Positions 42,001 to 51,671 of a stretch of 64,000 nt of DNA are shown here, in pieces (within the stretch, counting starts at the first letter, position 1; each line of letters begins with the position of its first letter). The position numbers were made by a program, and so were the translations under genes. Source of the stretch: Azolla caroliniana (taxonomy: Eukaryota > Plantae > Polypodiophyta); NCBI GenBank assembly GCA_043228905.1, contig JBHGNT010000008.1:18786001-18850000 (forward strand), written 5' to 3'. The notes beneath the pieces were generated by a model. That model was not told the origin of the DNA, ran no database searches, and saw nothing but the letters and a program-made list of their open reading frames with translations.

Positions 42001-43884
42001 TCGCTTGTGCCACAACTCTATGTCAGCGTCAGCTCTCTAGCCCTTGGCATACATTGCCGAGTTCATATGGTGAGGGTCGATGATGAACATCCGACCTTCT
42101 CCTCGACCCCTAGCGATGAGTCAACCTTCTTTTTCAATGAAGCATCCTCCATTGTTGAAGCGGACTTGCATGCCTTGTTCGACTATCTGGCCAAATGAGA
42201 CCATGTTCTTTGTCATTGTAGGAACATGCAGAACGTTCTTGATGTAGGTTTGGTTGTCTTCTTTCCCAAATGGGACATTGCCAATATGTAGAATGGGGTG
42301 GATTGTGTCATCCCTAGTTTCCACATAGCCGGGTCGTTCGGGGTTCCGTAGCTCCAACCAATCCTCATGGGATGTCATGTGGTTGGATGTGCCCGAGTCG
42401 ACGAGCCATACATCTTCTAGTTTGGATGTGTTGGTCAGGTTGGAGGTTGTCATCGAGTTTGCTCTGTGCCTCATCACAAACATTCTGCCACGATTGTCGT
42501 AGTCGGAGTTGGAGGCATAGTTTGTGAGATGTTGGCTTGTGGAGGACGACACACTCTTCTTTTTCCGACATTATGACTCATAGTGGCTGAATTTACCACA
42601 ATATCCGCACAGAGCGGAATTGTTTTGTCAGCTGGGTCTGGCATGATTGCTCCCCCTTCTTCCGGATGCTCCGCCTCGCACATTCGAAACATCTTATCGG
42701 TAATTGAAGTTATGTTCTCAGGGTTGCTCTTGGTTGTGCCGACCTTGGCCGAATCAGCCTCTTCTTCCCCGACCTTGTCCTCTTCCTCCATCAAAGTTTG
42801 AATAGAGCATTTGTCCTTCTTGCGCATTGCTTCTTGTTCGAAAATGATTCTCCTTGACCAACAACATTGATTGGAGATCGAAGAAGGAGGGAGGATTCTC
42901 CCTCGTGAAGACAACCAACCGAATGACCCCGAATCGAGGTGCTAAGCTTCTGAGGCAAATCTGCACCATTTCATCATCGTCAAGGCTAACATTGATCGAC
43001 CTGAGGGCATCGCACAATTCCTTGATCTTCAAGGTGTAGCTGCGATTGACATGTCCCTCTGTTGTATACCGTTCAGCTCTTGACGGAGTTGAAGCTTTCT
43101 TGCGGTCGTGTTGCCGCGAAAATCTTCTTTAGGTTCCCCTACACCTCCTTTGGTGTTTTGGCCTCTTGGATGTAGCCGAGCATGTGATCATGGACACATG
43201 ATGCAAGGTAGTACAACACACGACTCGCCACTTGCTCCCAAGCTGGGTGGTCGGCATGTGTTGGGTTGGGTTGATTCTCGTTTGCCCCTTCGACATAACT
43301 CCAATAGCCTTGGCCAACAAGGTATTGGTGCATCGTGTACTCCCAAGATGCACATTTGTTTTTGTCGAGCTTTTCGGTAGGAAGAGCGCTTCCCATCTGT
43401 GTGTTCATGTTGAGTTTCTTCTTCTTCTTCCTCATGCGAACTGTGCAGATTGCTGTTGTGGAGATCAATCAGTCCTTGTCGAACACGGAATCGGGCACAA
43501 TGCATGCAGAGGCAATGGGCTTCGATCAAGCAATCACGCGCTCTGATACCATGTAAAGAAATAGGATGGATTCTGTGCAGTGGAAGAACTGTGTGTGTGT
43601 GTAGAGAGATAGAGAGCTCACAATTACAGAAATTCAGAAAATTTTATTACAAAGGAAGCAAGAATGACCAACAATTACAAAGAGAGGGAGACAATGCTTA
43701 TGTAGTCGCCTTCTCTCTAACTTCTCTCACTAGTACCGCCTCTTGGGAAAGAGGTCATGTATTAGCTACTTAAAGAATATGTGTCATAGACACACTAGTT
43801 ACTATACAAGGAGGTGGGGTGTTCACACACTTAGGTATCCTAGAGTGTGTTCCCACTCACAGGAAGTTGAGTTTGATTCTCAAC
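38901..43884 (-). mobile_element. Near-complete decayed Ty1/copia element (5' LTR 43552-43884; 3' LTR truncated)
   Basis: PBS TGGTATCAGAGC (43551-43540). Gag EKLDKNKCASWEY, protease WLVDSG, integrase [26 protein letters not shown], RNaseH YCDNMSSI/TKHIEVH, and a purine tract before the 3' LTR. Confidence 0.93.
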
Positions 43885-44894
43885 AGTTATGCAGTATCAG
43901 CAACCACCGAATATTGTCATTTGGGTTGGTCCCCATACATCTGAATGTATTACATCTAGGACCCCTTTGCTTATGTTCCTCTCTTTTGGGAACAGTGTCG
44001 GGGTAGTTGTGGTTCGTGCGGCGATGTCGCAGGGACTAATGTTAAAGGAAGTTGGCTATATATTTTATAAGGCTTTTGTGTTGGTGTTAGAAAGATCGAG
44101 GATAGGAAGAAGAAGAGTTAAAACTAATGTGTGTGAGAGAGTCAAGTATAAGACAAAAGATAGAGACAATGTATGATTTAATAAGAAAGAGTGTAAGATA
44201 TGAACATGATTTATATTAAGAAAACAAGATTTTACCAACTTTACAATGCTTGATAGCAAGATGAAACCTTTCTCTACCGACTCTTGATTTGAACCCTCGA
44301 CTTCAACTTGGAGAGACAAGACACTTCCCCAAATGAGCTAGCTTCTTTGGTTGATAATTTATTTGATTTCTCACTTTCTCTTGATTGATTCTTCTTTTCC
44401 TTCCACTCTTTTTATAGGTGCCCCCATGCATATAATGCATGTGAGGGTACAAGACATGCATGTGATGCATGATCACCATTTGGCGTACATGCATTATATG
44501 TGATGCATGATAGACATCTCGCTCATTTGAGCTCTCATGTATGAAAATAGACATGGGATAAATATAACAATAGAAAGATAAAGTAAATAACTTAGCCTAG
44601 TGGTATGTACTTTGTACTTGGTAGATAAGGTTGAGGGTTCAAGTCTCTTATATTTTACTCAATACAATATTTACGTTTACTTTTATATCATGTAGCACAT
44701 TCTTCACAGCATCTCTAAAAACAAATAACCTAGCCTAATGGTATGTACTTTGTACTTGGTATATAAGGTTGAGGGTTCAAGTCTCTCAAACATTATTGAA
44801 TACAATATTTAAGTTCATTTTTATATTGTGAAGCACATCCTTCACAACACCCAACCCCTCTGAACTTGCACATTGGTTGTGCAAACTTCATCCA

Positions 44895-45245
44895 AAATCT
44901 TGGAAAAACTCTTCATTCCCTTTCCGAACTGGATGTTCCCTCAAGCATTCTTTGTTTCTTTCATGGTTAGGCCTCACGGTTAAGAACTGGACTATCTTCC
45001 TTCCATCTTGACTCTTAATCCTCGCGAAAGCCGAACCATCATCAATCACCTTTGTTTCCATCCTTACTCAAAATCTTAGAAAAAAATCTTCATTCCCTTT
45101 CCGAACTGGATGTTCCCTCAAGAATTCTTTTTTTCTTTCATGGTTAGGCCTGGCGGTTAAGAACTGGACTGTCTTCCTTCTATCCTAGCTCTTGATCCTC
45201 ATGAAAGGCAAACCATCATTAATCATCTTTGTTTCCATCCTTACT
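44895..45245. repeat. ~175 bp tandem duplication at end of protease region
   Basis: AAAATCTT..AAAAA.TCTTCATTCCCTTTCCGAACTGGATGTTCCCTCAAG...CTTTGTTTCCATCCTTACT occurs twice. Confidence 0.9.
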
Positions 45246-45596
45246 GCGGTGATGTATGGTTGACCAAGGATGATGGGGTAGGTTGATCAATCCTGCACAA
45301 AGGAATTTTGATCCACCAACACATCTCCAATCATTACCTTGACATTGGGACACACTCCGAACAAATCCTCCATAGTCTTTGTGGTAGCTCTTATTTCCCA
45401 CCCATGATTCTTGTCGATTGGCCACCATCCTTCAACATAAAATCTCGATGACATCATGTTAATCTCGGATCCATGATCGATCAAAGCAATACCATGGATT
45501 CGATCAAAGCAATACAAGGAATATGTTGCTCCCCAATTTTTACAGGTGCCGCCATCGTTGCTCGAGCCCAATGGTTTCTTGTATAATGGCTCCTAT

Positions 45597-47783
45597 TGTC
45601 ACATTCTAGACTTGAGCCTTTGATTTTTAACACACACAATACATTGTGTTGTGTTAACCATATGGAAACTCTTGTGAACTATCCACATTCGATTGTGAAC
45701 TTATATATATTGTAGAGTCTAGTGTATAGTACATTCGAGAATATTCTAGTCGTTAGTATATTCTAGAATTATTCTTTGGTATATTCTAAACGGGTATATT
45801 CTAAACATATTCAATCTCGGAAATTGTATAAATACTTGTAACATCCTTGGTCCCTTTCAAGGGGTTCAACACCAGTCATTGACACATCAATCTAGTATTC
45901 TCGTTTCGCCTCATCTTTTTCTCCTTGATCTTTATTTCCGTCTTCATGCCCTCATGTCGCTCACAACATCTAGAGTTCCTAACCTCGTCACATCTAGCTC
46001 CAAGTTCATCCGTCGCTCGTAGCCCCATCATTTGTGCTCCGTCCTAGTCTGCGCTTGGTGTGTCCGTGACAGTTTGAATCCCTTCCAACTGGGAGCACCA
46101 CCCGTCTTCGTCATCGTCTTTGCTTCTAGAGTTACCATCATCACCGTCCTTGCTTTCGTAATTACCATCATCAACATCCTTGTCTTCGATGTCATCATTT
46201 TCAGCACGTCTTCGCCCAACCATCGTCGTCATCAACACTACTTGTAATCATTTTTAGGTATCACTTTGCATCACGGTTTTGGTGATGACTGCTTTCGATC
46301 GCTCAACTTCCTAGTTTCGGTGGCAGTCACAACCGCTCACTTTCCTGGTGGGGATCGGATCATTGCTCATGTCCGTTTGTGTTCCAGTTCTCGGTGAGGG
46401 CCGCATGGTCACTCATGCCCATTCGTGTTTTCGATGAGGACCGCACATGGTCTCTCACATTCCAGTTCCTGATGAGGGCCACACATGGTTGCTCACGTTT
46501 GTTTGTGTTCTAGTTCTTGGTGAGGGTCTCATGGTCGCTCACGCCTGTTCGTGTTCAGTTCTTGGTGAGGGCCGCATGGTCGCTCACGTCTGTCCGTGTT
46601 CCAATTCTTAGTGAGGGCCGTATGGTCGCTCACGCCCGTTCATGTTTTCGATGGGGACCGCACATGGTGTCTCATGTTATAGTTCCCGATGAGGGCCACA
46701 CATGGCCGCTCACGTCCGTTTGTGTTCTAGTTCTTGGTGAGGGCTGCGTGGTCACTCACGCCCGTTCATGTTCAGTTCTCGGTGAGGGCCGCATGGTCGC
46801 TCACGTCCGTTCATGTTCTAGTTCTCGGTGAGGTCTGCATGTTCGCTAATGCCCGTTTGTGTTCGTGTTCCAACTCTCGGCGAGGACTGACATGGTCTCC
46901 CATGCCCGTTGGTGTTCGTGTTCCCTGTGATGACCGCACATGATCGCTCACTCCAACTATTGTTCGTGTTCCAAATTCCGGCGAGGACCGACATGGTCAC
47001 TCATGCCTAATGTTGTTCATGTTCCAGTTCCCGGTGAGGACCACACATGGTCGCTCATGCCCATTGGTGGTCGTGTTCCTCGTGAGGACCGCATGTGGTC
47101 ACTCACGCCCGTTGGTATTTGTGTTCGAGTTCCTGACGAGGACCGCACATGGTCGCTCATGCTTGTTGGTGTTCAATACCTCGTCTTCTGGAAGGGTTAC
47201 TCCTTGTCTAGGATTTAGAAAATACTTTGGAGGTGGTCTAAGATTTTCATCAACAGTATCCCCTTAAGCCAACCACCGGTTTGGGAAGGCGGCGTAAGAG
47301 GGAGGATAATGTCACATTCTAGACTCGAGCCTCTGATTTTTAACACACACAATACATTGTGTTGTGTTAACCATATGGAATCTCTTGTGAACTATCCACA
47401 TCCGATTGTGAACTTATATATATTGTAGAGTCTAGTGTATAGTACATTCGAGAATATTCTAGTCGTTAGTATATTCTAGAATTATTCTTTGGTATATTCT
47501 AAACGGGTATATTCTAGAGATATTCAATCTCGGAAATTGTATAAATACTTGTAACATTCTTGGTCCCTTTCAAGGGATTCAACACCAATCATTGACACAT
47601 CAATCTAGTATTCTTGTTTCGCCTCATCTTTGTCTCCTTGATCTTTATTTCTATCTTCATGCCCTCATGTCACTCACAACATCTAGAATTCCTAACCTCG
47701 TCACATCTAGCTCCAAGTTCATTCGTCGCCGTAGCCCCATCATTTGTGCTCCATCCTAGTCCGCGCTTGGTGTGTTCGTGACA
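45597..47783 (+). mobile_element. Non-autonomous, non-coding LTR element (LTRs 45597-46071 and 47310-47783)
   Basis: Two ~475-bp near-identical LTRs TGTCACA...GTGACA, TSD CCTAT on both sides, PPT AAGAGGGAGGATAA, no recognisable coding domains. Confidence 0.93.
46365..47175 (+). repeat. ~40-50 bp GC-rich tandem array inside the non-autonomous element
   Basis: Roughly 17-19 units of consensus GTTCTCGGTGAGGGCCGCA(CA)TGGTCGCTCACGCCCGTTCGT. Confidence 0.9.
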
Positions 47784-49289
47784 CCTATTCCCTTCATGAT
47801 TTCCAAAATCATTTATCTTCTTTACACCTGCAACATTAATGGTGTCACAATCCAAATATTGGAGTGTTGTTGTACACCCTCTAGTAACTTCCTCCGTCAC
47901 ATGTTTTATATCTTTCACTGCTTCTGTGTCCGAAACAAGCTTGAAACTTGGGGTTGTCTTCTCTTTTACTTCATTAGCTTCTTTCAACTCAGGAGCATCC
48001 TTTTCCATCTCTCTTCTCTCTTGGTCTGGTGTCTCATGCCTTTTTGTTGGATCAGCCTCGTCGGCCCTTATCTGCTTCTCTTCCACTAGTACATCTTGTG
48101 CATGAATTTGGGGGAATGCTGATAGCGTGTCTATTGGATCATTCCATCCAATGAAGTTCCGTATTTCATCTCCTTCTCTTTTTAATTCATCCACTTGAAC
48201 CTTCCCTTTTCTTGCACAATCCATCACATCTTGCCAAAAGCCAGATCCATCATATGAGTCTTCTACATGCAACCCTAAGGTTGCCACAGATTGTATTGCT
48301 TGAATTGTTTTCCTCTCAGCATCTTCTATTAGTTTTTTCATTCCGCCTCACCCAAAGTTGAGTTGGAGTGGTTGTTGAGTCTCTATAGAGTGAATCTTAC
48401 CATCTTGATACTAGATTTTATCATGATTAAGAGCATCCCTATGTTCTTGACAATCTTTCTTCTGGTGGTCGACATTGTCGCACCACATACACCTTCGGAC
48501 AATGCCACCTCCTTGCCTTGACGAAGTTGAGCTTTGTCCCGATTCAAGCTTTGTCACTTTCATCGACAAGTCTTTCATGCCTTTCACCAATTTGTGCATG
48601 AGCAACTCTTCTACTTTCTTTTCTTCTGACTCATTCCATGTTTCTTCTTCATTTCTCTCTGACAACTCCATAAACCATAACTTTCTTTTACAGAAATCGG
48701 CGCAAGCCCTTTTCACCACCTCCTAGTCTTTAGTAAGTCCACTTGGACTATTCTGATATTCTAGAAGCATTCCCAAGTCCTTCTTGTCTTGAATATTAGT
48801 GGCTTGTAGAAACAATATTGCTTTATCTGGCATTAGTATATTTCTATCCCTAACATTTAATTGCTCAAATCTTTTTGAAATTTTTTTTAACACTTCCAAA
48901 ACACTTAAATGTTTATTAGACACTACCCAATCCATGAAAGCTCACCTTGTCCTCCTTGACATATCGTTGAGGTTGTATTCATTCAATAGTGCTCTTTCGA
49001 AATTCGCCCATGTCTTGGATCCTTTCTTGGATCCTTTCTTGTAGCACAATCGCAGTGACTCAACTGAAGCTATTAATTTTTGCAACTTCCCCGACACCAT
49101 GTTTAAGCACTTCCTCATTGTAAATCTTCAGAAATCTTGTTAAATTCATACCTTTGAAGATTCCTACTCGTGCCAGAATATTGTTGACGGCTTTGTCGAT
49201 ACTTGTCATCATCCCTTGCTCCTGCATCAGTCGTTCTATCATCGTACACATAAGCCTCATTTGCTCCTCCATTTCTCCTTGTCGCCGCC

Positions 49290-49307
49290 TTCATGTTGGG
49301 TTCACCA
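49290..49307 (-). promoter_or_regulatory. Primer binding site complementary to tRNA-Trp 3' end
   Basis: TGGTGAACCCAACATGAA versus the expected TGGTGAACCCGACGTGAA (two CpG-type G-to-A changes), 4 nt after the 5' LTR. Confidence 0.8.
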
Positions 49308-49972
49308 AATATGTTGGGGTAGTTGTGGTTCGTGCGGCGAAGTCGCAGGGACTAAGGTTAAAGGAAGTTGGCTATATATTTTATAAGGCTTGTGTGTTGA
49401 TGTTAGAAAGATTGAGGATAGGAAGAAGAAGAGTTAACGCTAATGTGAGAGAGAGAGTTGAGAATAAGACAAAAGATAGAGACAATGTATGATTTAAGAA
49501 GCAAGAGTATAAGATATGGGCATGATTTATATTAAGAAAACAAGATTTTACCAACTTTACAATGCTTGATAGCAAGATGAAACCTTTCTCTACCAACTCT
49601 TGATTTGAACCCTTGACTTCAACTCGGAGAGACAAGACACTTCCCAAAATGAGCTAGCTTCTTTGGTTGATAATTTATTTGATTTCTCACTTTCTCTTGA
49701 TTGATTCTTCTTTTCCTTCCACTCTTTTTATAGGTGCCCCCATGCATACAATGCATGTGATGCATGATCACCATTTGGCGTACATGCATTATATGTGACA
49801 CATGATAGACATCTCACTCATTTGAGCTCTCATGTATGAAAATAGACATGGGATAAGTACAATGATGGACAGATTTATTTTAAAAATAAATAACCTAGCT
49901 TAGTGGTATGTACTTTGTACTTGGTAGATAAGGTTGAGCATTCAAGTCTCTTATATTATACTCAATACAATA

Positions 49973-50361
49973 TGTTGAGAATCAAGCTCAACTTGGTCTA
50001 GTGTATGAACTCACCTTGAGAGTGAATAGACACTCTAACGGTCAAGAGTCACCATTATGTCACCTCTCTGTATTCTAGCATTTAGTATGAGTCATAGAAT
50101 CATATTCTATGACACATAACTTATGAGCTTTCACATTCCCCATGCTCCATGAGTCTTGTAGTTAATGAAGAGAGAGGGTGACTATATAAAGCACCCTCCT
50201 CCCACCTTGTATTGAGTTAAGTCTTCCTCCTTTGTTAATATACTTTTATCTTGCGTATTCTTTACGTCTTACTCTCACTCTCTCTCACTCTCTCACTCTC
50301 TCATACACACACACAACCCACATCTCTTCCGCTTAACAAGAATAATATCCGATTCTTTACA
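49973..50361 (+). mobile_element. Copia-type solo LTR inserted in gypsy 5' LTR
   Basis: TGTTGAGAATCAAGCTCAACTT...TTCTTTACA, TSD CAATA; absent from the sister LTR at ~44668. Confidence 0.92.
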
Positions 50362-51292
50362 CAATATTTAAGTTTACTTTTATATCATGTAGCACATTCT
50401 TCACAATATCTCTAAAAACAAATAACCTAGCCTAGTGGTATATACCTTGTACTTGGTATATACGGTTGAGGGTTCAAGTCTCTCGAACATTATTGAATAC
50501 AAGATTTAAGTTCATTTTTATATCGTGAAGCACATTCTTCATGACAACGGTTGTCGGTGCTATTTGCTAAATTGGCAAGCTTCGCACATGCCTACAATTT
50601 CCTTTTCGGTGAAGGTCAGGAGTCTGATGACGACTCCTTTCGACTGCATTCCCTTGAGCTTTTAAAGATTGATGTGGCCTATCCTCTTGTGCCATAACTC
50701 TATGTCGACGTTGGCTCTTTGGTCCTTAGCATACATTGCCAATTTTATCTCGTGAGAGTCGAGGATGAACATTCGACCTTCTCTTCATATGCAAGCTATG
50801 AGTTAGATTTCTTTTTCGATGAAGCATCCTCCATCGTTGAAGCGGACTTGCATGCCTTGTTTGACTATCTGACCAACTGAAACCAAGCTCTTTGTTATTG
50901 TAGGAACATGCCGAACGTTCTTGATGTAGCTTTGGTTGGCTTCTTCCCCAAATGGGACATTGTCGACATGCTGAATGGGGTGAATTGTGTCATCCCTAGT
51001 TTCCACATAGCCTGGTCGTTCAGGTTTTTGTAGCTCTTTGAATCAATCCTCGTGGGATGTCCTGTAGTTGGGATGAACCCGAGTCAACAAACCATACATC
51101 CTTGGTTTGGAAGTGTTGGTATGGTTGGAGGCTGTCATCGAGTTCACTCTGTGCATCATCACAAACATTCCGCCACGATTGTCGTAGTCGGAGTTGGAAC
51201 CCCGACCAACAGGATCAACTGGAGATGAAAGAAGGAGGGAGGATTCTCCCTTGCCAGCCTTGCCAGGAATGCCAACCAAATGGCTCTGAACG

Positions 51293-51587
51293 TTTCATGA
51301 TATGGCAAGACTCGAACCCATGACCTTATGTTACATGGGTCGAGCTCTTGCCCATTAGACTATATGTTGTAATACGAAGGATATTATTTTCATTTAGGTT
51401 TTACTATAGAAAATTGATGTATATTCCAGATTTCTTTGGAACATTCTAGAAACTTCAGGAGTACTCTTGAGAACACTATAAAAGGAGGCACAAGGCATTA
51501 TTTCAAACCAAATCGGTTCAACGCCAGTCTTAAGCCTCCTAGCTACTATTGTATATCCCCTTAACATAATATATATCTTTTGTTATC

Positions 51588-51671
<84 letters not shown>

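Larger units (their letters stand above)
43996..50546 (-). mobile_element. Non-chromovirus gypsy (Phygy/Selgy-like) with gag and protease only; LTRs 43996-44849 and 49312-50546
   Basis: Two long, highly similar direct repeats with TG..CA ends. PPT GAGGGGTTGGG, PBS TGGTGAACCCAACATGAA. Gag GIFKGMNLTRFLKIYNEE, knuckle CMWCDNVDHQKKDC, protease LIDHGSEIN. No RT, RH or INT. TSD ACAG/ACGG. Confidence 0.85.
43885..51292 (-). mobile_element. Second copy of the same copia family (43885-43995 plus 50547-51292), host of the gypsy insertion
   Basis: The two pieces align collinearly with 41770-42515 and join across the 43996-50546 insert; there is an internal gag deletion near 51205. Confidence 0.85.

Noticed and set aside
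46365-47175. Repeat array as CRISPR or hammerhead ribozymes (CTGATGAG/CTGACGAG present in two units)
   Set aside because: There are no unique spacers or cas genes, the context is eukaryotic, and no GAAA core completes a hammerhead.
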